The notes: generated from the letters alone by a model not told the origin. DNA of 64,000 nt from Anaerolineae bacterium (GCA_034431315.1 DAOUDK010000065.1:8542-72541), one strand, 5' to 3'; counted from the stretch's first letter, positions 19,545-28,695 are shown. Made by a program: numbers and translations.

Positions 19545-21287
19545 TCACAGCGCAGCTTCCACCATCGCCAACACCTGCCCGGTGGTGAAGTTCCGCACCG
19601 CTGAGGCCTTGTTGGGACAGGCCACCACGCAAGCGCCGCACCCCTGACAGAGGGCCACGTTGACTGTAGCCAGGCTCTTCCAGGGGTGCATCTCGCGGGC
19701 GTCGTAGGGACAGGCTTCTACGCACAAACCGCAAGCGGAGCACAGTTCCTCGTCCACGTAGGCGATGATAGGCTCCTGAACCATCTCTCGCTGGGAGAAG
19801 AGGGAGAGCACCTTGGCTGCCGCGCCGCTGGCCTGAGCTACGGTCTCAGGTATGTCCTTGGGAAACTGGGCCGCACCCGCCAGGTAGATGCCCGCTGTCA
19901 AGCTCTCCACGGGGCGCAGCTTGGGGTGGGCCTCGCTGAAGAAGCCGTGCTCGTCGGTGGCTATCCGCAAACGCTGACCCAAATCCTTAGACCCCTCGCT
20001 GGGTACAGTGGCCGTCGCCAGCACCACCAAATCGGCTGCCACCTCAAGCGGCTTGCCTGACAAAGTATCCGCCCCCCAGACCACGACCCTCCCATCCTCT
20101 GGGAAGACCTTCGACACCTTGCCCCGCAGATAAAGCACATCGTACTGCTCCATGGCCTGCTGCACGAACTCCTCGTAGCCCTTGCCCGCGGAGCGGATGT
20201 CAATGTAAAAAACGTAAGCCTGCCCCTCAGGCACCTGCTGCTTGTACATGATGGTCTGCTTGGCCACGTACATGCAGCAGACTTTAGAGCAATAGGGCAT
20301 GTGCAGTTCTGGGTCGCGGGAGCCGGCGCACTGCACCCAGACGACCTCCTGGGGGACCTTTCCATCGGAGGGACGGCGAATCGGTCCCCCCGTGGCCAAC
20401 ATCCGCTCGAACTGCAAGCCGTCAACGACGTCGGGATATTGGCCACCGCCGTACTGGCCAAGCTTCTCCTGGGGGTAAAGGTCGTAGCCCGTGGCGACGA
20501 CGATAGCGCCCACGTCGTAAACTCGTACATCCGGGATTCGTAAATTCGTAGATTCTGACGAGTCTACGAATTCCGAGTTTACGAATCTACGAACCTTGAC
20601 CGTGAAATTGCCGACGTAGCCGCCGAGTTCCTCCACCTCGGCCTCGGTGATGACCTGGATGTTGGGATGTTGTGTCACGGCCTCGATTGTGGAAGCCAAC
20701 AGGTCGGGCGCGGTGTCGAAGTTGAGGTAGGCGCCGGAGAGCTCGCCCATGCGCCCGCCCAGGCGCGACTTCTTTTCGACCAAAATCACCGGATAGCCGG
20801 CCTCGGCGATGTCCAGCGCAGCTTGCAGGCCAGCGATGCCGCCGCCGATGACCAGGGCTCTCTTGACCAGAGGCAGGGTCAAGGGCGCCAGAGACTCGTC
20901 GTAGCGCACCTTCTCAACAATGGTCTTGATGATCTCAAGGGCCTTGGCGGTCGCCTCCTCGGGCTGCGATTGATGCACCCAGGAGCATTGCTCTCGAATG
21001 TTGGCGATTTCGCACAGATAAGGGTTCAATCCAGCCGTGTCCGCCGTCTTGCGGAAAGTGACCTCGTGCATGGTTGGTGAGCAGGCGGCGACGACTATCC
21101 CGTCCAGGTCGTACTCGGCGATGGCCTCTTTGATGAGGTCCTGTCCTGGATCGGAACACATGTATGTATAATCCACGGAGTAGACCACACCCGGATAATC
21201 GCGTATCTCGTCAGCTACCCGTTCCACGTCCACCGTGCCGGCGATGTTCAGGCCGCAGTGGCAGATGAAAACGCCGATCCTGCTCAT
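19545..21287 (-). CDS. hdrA: heterodisulfide reductase subunit A-like flavoprotein (variant lacking the inserted ferredoxin domain)
   Basis: N-terminal Cys-cluster domain (GVFICHCG), FAD GGGIAG, C-terminal 2x[4Fe-4S] ferredoxin domain. ATG at 21287 after GGGAG. Confidence 0.85.
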   Translation of the reverse strand: MSRIGVFICHCGLNIAGTVDVERVADEIRDYPGVVYSVDYTYMCSDPGQDLIKEAIAEYDLDGIVVAACSPTMHEVTFRKTADTAGLNPYLCEIANIREQCSWVHQSQPEEATAKALEIIKTIVEKVRYDESLAPLTLPLVKRALVIGGGIAGLQAALDIAEAGYPVILVEKKSRLGGRMGELSGAYLNFDTAPDLLASTIEAVTQHPNIQVITEAEVEELGGYVGNFTVKVRRFVNSEFVDSSESTNLRIPDVRVYDVGAIVVATGYDLYPQEKLGQYGGGQYPDVVDGLQFERMLATGGPIRRPSDGKVPQEVVWVQCAGSRDPELHMPYCSKVCCMYVAKQTIMYKQQVPEGQAYVFYIDIRSAGKGYEEFVQQAMEQYDVLYLRGKVSKVFPEDGRVVVWGADTLSGKPLEVAADLVVLATATVPSEGSKDLGQRLRIATDEHGFFSEAHPKLRPVESLTAGIYLAGAAQFPKDIPETVAQASGAAAKVLSLFSQREMVQEPIIAYVDEELCSACGLCVEACPYDAREMHPWKSLATVNVALCQGCGACVVACPNKASAVRNFTTGQVLAMVEAAL

Positions 21288-21343
21288 CCAGTTCGCTCCC
21301 ATGCCTGCCTGAACAAGTTCAGGACTCCTTTCCGCCTCTCCTG

Positions 21344-21404
21344 CGATGGGCGAAGGTCTCCGACCGAGCCCTGTCCGCCTCGGTCGGAGACCTTCGGCGA
21401 TCAA
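21344..21404. repeat. 62-bp REP-like palindromic element, copy 2
   Basis: Same element as 12489..12550, just upstream of the hdrA start. Confidence 0.6.
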
Positions 21405-21416
21405 AGGACCGCAAGT

Positions 21417-21938
21417 TCAATCCCACACCTCTCCCCCGCTCGCCTCCCAGTTCACCCTCCCCTCGGCAACGACGCCCATCTTGCGCAAGGCACGATACAG
21501 TCGCTCCTCCCAGATGTCGCCGTGGAGAAGCTCCTGCACCTCTCGCGCCCGCATCAAGCGCTCCCAGGTGGTGACAATGAAGGTGATACGCCGCCACTTC
21601 TTGCTCGCGATGGGCTGGGGCAGCCGTCTGAATTCCCCAAGGCGGATTCGGTAGTAATCCTCCTGAGCCTGGGGATGAAGCGCTTCCTGGGGCAAAAGTT
21701 CAACGCGCTTGACGATTTCCCATTCTTGGGCCTCGGCCCAATAGTTGATGGCCCAGGCCGTCTCCCCGAACACTTTGGTCTGATAAAAAGCCAGGACAGG
21801 GGCATTGATGGCCCTGGCCGGAGCACGCCTGGCGGGTATGCGATACCAGTGCTCGTCCCTGACGATGGCGAAATCCCGCAGGTTGTTGATGATGGCCACC
21901 AACACGGTGGTGTAGGGACCGAATCTCTCTCCAGGCAA
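21417..21938 (-). CDS. hypothetical protein (173 aa)
   Basis: Long ORF with good coding character between the two hdrA genes. No recognisable family. Confidence 0.5.
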   Translation of the reverse strand: MPGERFGPYTTVLVAIINNLRDFAIVRDEHWYRIPARRAPARAINAPVLAFYQTKVFGETAWAINYWAEAQEWEIVKRVELLPQEALHPQAQEDYYRIRLGEFRRLPQPIASKKWRRITFIVTTWERLMRAREVQELLHGDIWEERLYRALRKMGVVAEGRVNWEASGGEVWD

Positions 21939-22005
21939 GCTTTCTATTGCACCTTCCCAACCCCATCAGGCTCGAAGACGAGCACAGAGATGTGATAGCC
22001 CTCGT

Positions 22006-23340
22006 TCAAATCTCCCCCCATCTTGCGAACAGCGACAGCACCTTGGCTGCCGCGCCGCTTCCCTGGGCCACGGTTTCGGGGATGTCCTTGGGCCCTGAGT
22101 CTGCCCCAGCCAGGAAGATGCCAGGCCGCACGGTCTCCAGAGGATGCATGTTCCCGTCGGCCTCGGCGTAGAATCCGAACTCGTCGGTCTCTAGGCCCAG
22201 CATCCGCCCCAATTCCCTGGCTCCATCCCTGGGCACGGTGGCCGTGGCCAGAACCACCAGGTCAGCCGCCACCTCCAGGGGCAGTCCGCTCAAGGTGTCG
22301 GTTCCCCAGACGATGACCTTGCCGTCGTCTTGGAAGATCTTGGACACCTTGCCCCGCAGGTACAGCACCCGCTCCTCTTCCATGGCCCGCCGCACAAACT
22401 CCTCGTAGCCCTTGCCACCAGCGCGGATGTCAATGTAGAACACGTAGGCCTGACCGTCGTGGACTCGGTGTTTGTAGAGCATGGCGTGCTTGGCGGTGTA
22501 CATGCAGCAGAATTTGGAGCAATATGGCACGCCGAGCTCAGGGTCGCGAGAGCCTGCGCACTGGACGAAGACCACCTCTTTGGGCACCTTGCCATCGGAA
22601 GGCCGCTTCACCTGACCGGCGGTAGGCCCCGAGGCCGAGAGCAGTCGTTCGAAGGCCAGCCCATCAATGACATCCGGTATCCTACCGTAGCCGTACTGAC
22701 CCAGGCCATCCGTGGGGTAGAGGTCGTAGCCCGTGGCTACGATCATTGCTCCTACCCGTTCCTCGACGGTGTGCTCTTCCTGCTCGAAGTCAATGGCCTC
22801 CACTGGGCAAACCTTCTCGCAGACGCGGCACTTGCCCCTGACGAAGTAAATGCAGTTTTCGGCATCAATGACAGGCTTGTTGGGCACGGCCTGGGGCGAG
22901 AGGGTATAGATAGCCTTGCGCTTGCCCATCTGCCGCTCAAACTCCGAGTCCACTCGCTTGGGACACTTCTCCTGGCACACTCCACAGCCCGTGCAGAGGT
23001 CCCAATTCACGTAGGCTGGCTTCCGCCTGACGCGGACACGGAAATCCCCAACATCGCCCTCAATGGATTCCACCTCCGAGTACGTCACGAGCTTGATGTT
23101 GTCGTGGTGCCCTATCTCCACCGTGCGAGGGGTCATGATGCACTGGGCGCAGTCCAGGGTGGGGAAAGTCTCCGACAGTTGGGCCATCCGCCCGCCGATG
23201 GAGGGGAGCTTGTCTACCATGATCACCTGGTAGCCCGAGTTGGCGATATCCAGCGCGGCCTGCATCCCGGCGATGCCCGCGCCTATGATAAGAGCCCTTT
23301 TACATTGCGTTTCCGCTTTCTCACCCAATTCCCTATACAC
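22006..23340 (-). CDS. hdrA: heterodisulfide reductase subunit A paralog (with inserted ferredoxin domain, no N- or C-terminal extensions)
   Basis: FAD GAGIAG, inserted CTGCGVCQEKCP...CRVCEKVCP. Shares an identical 22-nt stretch with hdrA1 near its 3' end. Confidence 0.85.
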   Translation of the reverse strand: MYRELGEKAETQCKRALIIGAGIAGMQAALDIANSGYQVIMVDKLPSIGGRMAQLSETFPTLDCAQCIMTPRTVEIGHHDNIKLVTYSEVESIEGDVGDFRVRVRRKPAYVNWDLCTGCGVCQEKCPKRVDSEFERQMGKRKAIYTLSPQAVPNKPVIDAENCIYFVRGKCRVCEKVCPVEAIDFEQEEHTVEERVGAMIVATGYDLYPTDGLGQYGYGRIPDVIDGLAFERLLSASGPTAGQVKRPSDGKVPKEVVFVQCAGSRDPELGVPYCSKFCCMYTAKHAMLYKHRVHDGQAYVFYIDIRAGGKGYEEFVRRAMEEERVLYLRGKVSKIFQDDGKVIVWGTDTLSGLPLEVAADLVVLATATVPRDGARELGRMLGLETDEFGFYAEADGNMHPLETVRPGIFLAGADSGPKDIPETVAQGSGAAAKVLSLFARWGEI

Positions 23341-23503
23341 CCATCCGCTCGAGTTCCGCTATGAATTCTTCCAAGCTGCGACCTTCACCGCGTGCGTAAA
23401 CCTCTCGTGCCTCTCACACTCGCCTGGCCAATTCCTCATCGTGCTCGTATTCCATGCCTTCCACGTCCTCCAAAAGATCCACCATGGTATGGGCCTCACA
23501 TAG

Positions 23504-23623
23504 GCGATTGAAATCGCACCTGTGAGGGCACTTCGCGCCGGCCGTCCACCTGCGTGGGCGGAGTTTTGCGACTGCGCAGGCAGTCGCCCGGCGCTTGAGC
23601 GCCCCCTAGTGCTGATTTCAATC
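23504..23623 (-). other. structured GC-rich leader element upstream of hdrA2 with a 16-bp long-range inverted repeat
   Basis: cgattgaaatcgcac ... gtgctgatttcaatcg flanking about 90 nt of GC-rich nested palindromes. Confidence 0.4.
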
Positions 23624-23628
23624 GGTGA

Positions 23629-24501
23629 CTAAGAGCCATCAGACCATTTGGCTAACAATGGCCGTGGATCAACGTAGTGACGATCCAACTCAAAGCCATC
23701 GCTATCCAGACCCAGGGCGATGCCCAAAAGCTGGGTGAAATACAAAACGGGAATGGGCTGGAACCCGGCGTGCCGGCTGCCCATCGCCTTCTGCCTCTTG
23801 TCCAGATTGAACTGGCAGAGGGGACAATTGGTCACCACCAACTCGGCTCCGCTCCGCTGGGCCGAATCCAAGATGGTAAAACTCATTTCCGCTGTCACCT
23901 CGACCGACTTGATCGCCAGGTAGGCCCCGCAGCACTCGCCCCGGTGGGAATAGTCCACCGCCTCAGCTCCCAGCGCCGTCATCAGATCATCTAGTGCGCG
24001 GGGATTCTCTGGGTCGTCGTAAGCCACTTCATCCGGAGGGCGGAGGACCATGCAGCCGTAGTAGGCAGCGACCTTCAACCCCGAAAGGGGCTTCTTGACC
24101 GCCTCTTTGATCTTGTCGAATCCGATGTCATCGCGCAATATCTGCAATAAATCGAGAACTTCCAGGTCGCCGCTGTAGTCCGCCTCCAGGAAGAAGTTGA
24201 GCTTCTCCCGGCTATCCTCGTCCTCGCGGATAACCCTGTTGGTGCGCTTGAGGACATTGTAGCAAGTGGAGCAGGCTACGGCCAGCCGCTGGCCTGCCTG
24301 TCGAGCGCTGATCAGCACCTGAGCCGGCCCGGCCAAATCCAACATGTTGTCAACCAGCAGGGGGAAAGTAGCTCCGCAGCAATTCCACTCTTCCAACTCA
24401 ACCAGCTCCAGGCCCAGCGCTCTGGCCGAAGCTCGCGCCGAATTGTCGAAGCCCTTGCCTTTGGTGTTCAAGGTGCAGCCGGGGTAGTAAGGTATTTCCA
24501 T
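23629..24501 (-). CDS. hdrB: heterodisulfide reductase subunit B (two CCG domains)
   Basis: CCG-domain Cys motifs. ATG at 24501 after GGGAGAG. Confidence 0.85.
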   Translation of the reverse strand: MEIPYYPGCTLNTKGKGFDNSARASARALGLELVELEEWNCCGATFPLLVDNMLDLAGPAQVLISARQAGQRLAVACSTCYNVLKRTNRVIREDEDSREKLNFFLEADYSGDLEVLDLLQILRDDIGFDKIKEAVKKPLSGLKVAAYYGCMVLRPPDEVAYDDPENPRALDDLMTALGAEAVDYSHRGECCGAYLAIKSVEVTAEMSFTILDSAQRSGAELVVTNCPLCQFNLDKRQKAMGSRHAGFQPIPVLYFTQLLGIALGLDSDGFELDRHYVDPRPLLAKWSDGS

Positions 24502-24514
24502 TTTCTCTCCCAAA

Positions 24515-24922
24515 CTACGAAGTATACTTGCGGAACCCACCGATGAAAGCCTGCTGGGGGAATTCGGCCAACTCTTCGGGACGGATGGCCGTGATGTCCA
24601 GGTAATCGCCACCTCGCTGGAGCGCTATCTCCCGCAGGGCCTCCATGATGCGCGAGAGGTCAACCCCTTTGGGGCAGCGGGCGTAACAGGTCTGGCAGGC
24701 AGCGCAGAACCAGATGGTCTCCGACTCCAGCGCCTCCTCTACCTGGCCCAACTGCACCAGGCGGATGACCTGGCTGGGCAGCATGTCCATGGCGAAGGCC
24801 ACCGGACAGCCCGCCGAGCACGCGCCACACTGATAACAAGCCAAGAGGTCCTGACCGCTGATCTCCTCGATCCTGCGCACCAGGTCGTTCTTTAGCACCT
24901 TGGCCGATAGCCTGATCCTCAT
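24515..24922 (-). CDS. hdrC: heterodisulfide reductase subunit C (2x[4Fe-4S])
   Basis: CYQCGACSAGCP and CAACQTCYARCP motifs. Confidence 0.85.
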   Translation of the reverse strand: MRIRLSAKVLKNDLVRRIEEISGQDLLACYQCGACSAGCPVAFAMDMLPSQVIRLVQLGQVEEALESETIWFCAACQTCYARCPKGVDLSRIMEALREIALQRGGDYLDITAIRPEELAEFPQQAFIGGFRKYTS

Positions 24923-24927
24923 GCCGC

Positions 24928-25482
24928 CTAATCCTCCACCCGATACTTCGCTTTCCCCTGCTCGTAGGCATCCCCGCCGTGCATGTCGTTGACCACGATG
25001 GCCGGGAAGTCCTCCACCCTCAGCTTGCGCAGCGCTTCAGCGCCCAGGTCCTCGTAGGCGATGACCTCGGCCTCTTTGATGCTATCGGCGATGAGAGCCG
25101 CCGCCCCGCCGATGGCCGCGAAGTAGACCGCCTGGTGCTTCTTCAACGCCTCCCGCACCTCAGGGCCCCGATTGCCCTTGCCGATCATGCCTTTTAGCCC
25201 CTGCTCCAACATGCGCGGGGCATAGGGATCCATGCGATAGGACGTCGTCGGGCCGGCGGAACCGATGGGCCGCCCCGGCCTGGCTGGCGAAGGGCCCATG
25301 TAGTAGATGATCTGCCCCCGCGGGTCCAAGGGCAGTTCCTCGCCCGCATCCAGGGCGGCGATCATCCGCTTGTGGGCCGAGTCGCGCCCCACGTAGATGA
25401 TGCCCGTAATCTGCACCGCGTCGCCAGCGTGCAACTTCTCGATGACGTCATCCGTCAAAGGAGTGGTGATCTTCTTGGACAT
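24928..25482 (-). CDS. fumB: fumarate hydratase class I beta subunit (FumB/TtdB family)
   Basis: Fe-S hydro-lyase beta-subunit family. ATG at 25482 after GGGAGG. Confidence 0.85.
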   Translation of the reverse strand: MSKKITTPLTDDVIEKLHAGDAVQITGIIYVGRDSAHKRMIAALDAGEELPLDPRGQIIYYMGPSPARPGRPIGSAGPTTSYRMDPYAPRMLEQGLKGMIGKGNRGPEVREALKKHQAVYFAAIGGAAALIADSIKEAEVIAYEDLGAEALRKLRVEDFPAIVVNDMHGGDAYEQGKAKYRVED

Positions 25483-25496
25483 TGATATGCCTCCCG

Positions 25497-26342
25497 TTAC
25501 AAAACCGCTTCCTTGTGCCGCGCGCTGTGGCACTGGATGTTGACCGCCGCCGGCATGCTGGCGATGTGACAGGGGAAGGTCTCGACGTGGACGGCCAGGG
25601 CGGTAATCCTCCCGCCCAACCCCTGGGGGCCGATGCCCAGCCTGTTCACCCGCTCCAGTATCTCGGCCTCCAGTTCGGCCACTTCGGGATCGGGGCTGGG
25701 CTGGCCCAGCGGGCGCATCAGCGACTTCTTGGCGATGAGGGTAGTCTGATCAATGGTGCCGCCGATGCCCACCCCAACGATGATGGGCGGACAGGGATTG
25801 GCCCCCGACTTTTCCACACACTCGACCACCCAATCAATGATCCCCTGCCTGCCGGCCGCCGGTGAGAACATCTTGAGATAGCTCATGTTCTCGCTGCCGC
25901 CGCCTTTGGGGGCTACGGTGATCTTCAGCTTGTCCCCTGGCACGATCTCGGTGTGGATCACCGCCGGGGTGTTGTCCCTGGTGTTCACCCTGGCCGAGAA
26001 AGGCTTGTCCACCACCGACTTGCGCAGGTAGCCCTCTCGATAGCCCTGACGCACCCCCTCGTTGATGGCCTCGTTGAGATCGCCGCCCACGATGTGAACC
26101 TCCTGCCCCAGCTCGAGAAATACGACCATGAGCCCGGTATCCTGGCACAGCGGCAGCTCCCCACAGGCGGCGATGTCAGCGTTCTGGAGAATCTGGGCCA
26201 GCACCGCCTGCCCCACCGGCGAGACTTCCTTCTGGCGAGCGTTTCGCAGGGCGTCCAGCACGTCCTCGCCCAGGTAGTAGTTCGCCTCAATGCAAAGACG
26301 AGCGACCTCTCGAATTATCTGTTCAGCGCTTACCTCTCTCAC
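25497..26342 (-). CDS. fumA: fumarate hydratase class I alpha subunit (FumA/TtdA family)
   Basis: Fe-S hydro-lyase alpha family (CQDTGL). GTG at about 26342 preceded by AAGGAG; the longer ORF is a leader extension. Confidence 0.8.
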   Translation of the reverse strand: MREVSAEQIIREVARLCIEANYYLGEDVLDALRNARQKEVSPVGQAVLAQILQNADIAACGELPLCQDTGLMVVFLELGQEVHIVGGDLNEAINEGVRQGYREGYLRKSVVDKPFSARVNTRDNTPAVIHTEIVPGDKLKITVAPKGGGSENMSYLKMFSPAAGRQGIIDWVVECVEKSGANPCPPIIVGVGIGGTIDQTTLIAKKSLMRPLGQPSPDPEVAELEAEILERVNRLGIGPQGLGGRITALAVHVETFPCHIASMPAAVNIQCHSARHKEAVL

Positions 26343-26370
26343 TCTTCGATCTCCTTTGCCTGGCATCAGG

Positions 26371-26451
26371 GATCCAAATTCTGAAGCAGAGCGGGCTCCC
26401 ACGCCCGCGGACCGGCGGCATGGGAGCCGCCTCTGCTGGCGATTTTGGATC
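26371..26451. promoter_or_regulatory. 81-bp nested palindrome in the fumA leader
   Basis: gatccaaatt...(gcagagcgggctccca/tgggagccgcctctgc)...aattttggatc, ending about 15 nt before the fumA SD. Confidence 0.5.
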
Positions 26452-26719
26452 TACTGAGCATACAAAGGGACACCTCAAATACAGGCTACAGCTTCAAAAG
26501 CCTATCTTTCTCGGTGTCCCCCACTTCTAGAGAATCACAATGCACTGCTGCTGGTCGCGCCTCGTTCCCCCTCGCCAAAGAATCCACAACGACGCCGTCA
26601 AATTGGTCGGGCAAGAACATCAATGGCTTCCTCCTTGAACCCAGCGCGCTAAAGTATACACCTGAACTCAGTTTTGCGCAAGTGCACACTTTCAATAGCC
26701 TTTTCAAACGAAAGCTCCC

Positions 26720-27679
26720 TCATGATTTCCTGCGGGGCAGCGCATACCCCAGGCGACGCAGCTCCTTCTCGTCTTTGCGCCACTTTTTGCGCACCTTGAC
26801 CCACAACTCCAGGTATACCCGGTTGCCCACCAGCCGTTCGATCTCCTTTCGGGCTGCCTGGCCGATGCGCTTCAGCATGCTGCCCCCTTCGCCAATGATG
26901 ATGCCTTTTTGGGAATCCTTCTCCACGAAGATGTTGGCTCCGATGTAGGTCAGGTCCTCCCGCCGCTGCTTCCACTCCCCCACGGCCACCGCTACGGCGT
27001 GAGGCACTTCTTGATGGACGAACCGCAGCACCTGCTCGCGGACAAGCTCGGCCACGAGGAAGCGCATATTCTGATCGGTGAGTTGGTCTGAGGGGTAATA
27101 GCGAGGGCCTTTGGGCAAGCGGGCCACAACGATGTCCAGTAGCTTATCGCGGTTGTCGCCTCGGGTGGCGGAGATCATCATCCACTCATCATACTGTACC
27201 AACTCGAAATAGGCGTCGCCGTGCGGCTGCACTTTCTCAGGTGGCAACAGATCGGCCTTGTTGAGAACCAGCACGACGGGCGACTGGCCTTGCTCCTCAA
27301 TCAGTTGGGCTATCTGCTCATCCTCCGCCGTGGGCCTCTCCGAGACATCAACCATGAACAGAACCACATCAGCGTCGGGGATGCTCTTGGTCGCTGTCTC
27401 CACCATGAACTCGCCCAGCTTATGGTGAGGTTGGTGGATGCCGGGCGTGTCCACGAAGATGATCTGGGCGTCGGGCCGCGTAAGGATGCCGCGCAGACGG
27501 TGGCGCGTCGTCTGCGGCTTGGGGGAGACGATGGCGATCTTTTCCCCCAGCCAGGCGTTGATGAGGGTGGATTTGCCCACGTTGGGCTTGCCGATTACCG
27601 CCACGAACCCGGAACGGTGATCGGGTGGCAACTCGTCATCCATAATCATGTTTGCATCATTATCAATGTCCATCTTCAC
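26720..27679 (-). CDS. era: GTPase Era
   Basis: G1 GKPNVGKST, G3 DTPG, NKAD, C-terminal KH domain. Confidence 0.9.
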   Translation of the reverse strand: MKMDIDNDANMIMDDELPPDHRSGFVAVIGKPNVGKSTLINAWLGEKIAIVSPKPQTTRHRLRGILTRPDAQIIFVDTPGIHQPHHKLGEFMVETATKSIPDADVVLFMVDVSERPTAEDEQIAQLIEEQGQSPVVLVLNKADLLPPEKVQPHGDAYFELVQYDEWMMISATRGDNRDKLLDIVVARLPKGPRYYPSDQLTDQNMRFLVAELVREQVLRFVHQEVPHAVAVAVGEWKQRREDLTYIGANIFVEKDSQKGIIIGEGGSMLKRIGQAARKEIERLVGNRVYLELWVKVRKKWRKDEKELRRLGYALPRRKS

Positions 27680-27685
27680 CTCGCG

Positions 27686-27730
27686 ACTCTCATTTCTCGT
27701 TTCTCACTTCTCACTTCTCATTTTTCTTCT
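27686..27730. repeat. tandem heptamer array TCTCAYT x5-6 in the era leader (sense: AAYGAGA)
   Basis: Direct reading between the yhhQ stop and the era start. Confidence 0.7.
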
Positions 27731-28356
27731 GACGCTCGCGCCCTGTCGCCCTCGGGCACGAGGTAAATGGCTGGCAGACTGACCAGTGTGGTTGCCCCCT
27801 TCACCAACACGTTGGAGACCACGATACTCCAGACCACGGCGTTGGGGAGCACTCCGCCAAAGGCCAGCCAGCAAAAGACCAGGCTATCCAGTGGCACACT
27901 GACCGAGTTGCTGACGAGCACTCGCGCCCATTGATAATGACGGGTCACCCGCTCCACCCACAACTGGTAGACCTCGGTGTCAATCAATTCGGCGATCACC
28001 TCGGCCAGGATGCTGGCGATGACGATGCGCCAGACCGGGGTCAGCACCGAGGCGTAGGCATCTTGAAGCGGCCAGGAGGGATCGGGCGGCAGCGCGGCGG
28101 TAAAAGCAAAGAAGAGAGCCATGATCAGGTTGATCACCGCCGCAGCGATGATCAGCAGCCGCGCCCCGGCCGCGCCAACGACCTTGTGCACCAGGTCTCG
28201 GAGGGTGAAGGTCAGCGGATAAATGAAGGTCCCCGCATCAATGGAGAACCCGCCCACGACAGCAATCTTGAGGCTGGCCACATCGGCCAGCATCTGGGCC
28301 GCAATGTAGGCCGAGGTGACGATGATAACGTGATTAAACCTTCTTTTGTCAGACAC
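27718..28356 (-). CDS. yhhQ: queuosine precursor transporter YhhQ/VUT family
   Basis: DUF165-like membrane protein. GTG at about 28356 after GGGGGGAGGG; the longer ORF runs through a leader hairpin. Confidence 0.7.
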   Translation of the reverse strand: MSDKRRFNHVIIVTSAYIAAQMLADVASLKIAVVGGFSIDAGTFIYPLTFTLRDLVHKVVGAAGARLLIIAAAVINLIMALFFAFTAALPPDPSWPLQDAYASVLTPVWRIVIASILAEVIAELIDTEVYQLWVERVTRHYQWARVLVSNSVSVPLDSLVFCWLAFGGVLPNAVVWSIVVSNVLVKGATTLVSLPAIYLVPEGDRARASEEK

Positions 28357-28425
28357 GGTTACTGTGCCCTCCCCCCACACCGCTACCAAGGGGCGTCCTC
28401 GCCCCGCGTAGGGCCAGTTCACCAC

Positions 28426-28480
28426 GAAATCGGGGCGGGGACGCCATAGGCATCAAGCTAATATGGCAGCTTGCGGAAAA
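28426..28480 (-). other. 15-bp-stem GC-rich hairpin in the yhhQ 5' leader
   Basis: ggcgtcctcgccccg...cggggcggggacgcc, one mismatch, just upstream of the RBS. More nested inverted repeats out to 28690. Confidence 0.45.
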
Positions 28481-28695
28481 AAGGTTGCTGGCCCAGCCCC
28501 GCCGTGGCATGAAGTGCCACGGCTACGGAGCTGCCACCCCGTAAACGGGGTTCTTGAGCCCGATTCATCGGGCGGCAGCTCTGTAGCACGGCCACTTCAT
28601 GGCCGTGCGGCCTCGGCAAGCACAACATAATCCTTAACTTGATGCGTATGGGCGAGGACGCCCCTCTGTAGCACGGCAGTCTTTTGCCCATCCGT

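Noticed and set aside
23240-23503. 87-aa ORF 23240..23503 (+) between hdrB and hdrA2
   Set aside because: It overlaps the hdrA2 start and its structured leader on the opposite strand. No RBS and no homology.
28357-28480. preQ1-I riboswitch upstream of yhhQ
   Set aside because: No P1 hairpin with the UUC...CUA loop, and no A-rich AAAAAACUAA tail on the sense strand. Kept only as an unclassified structured leader.
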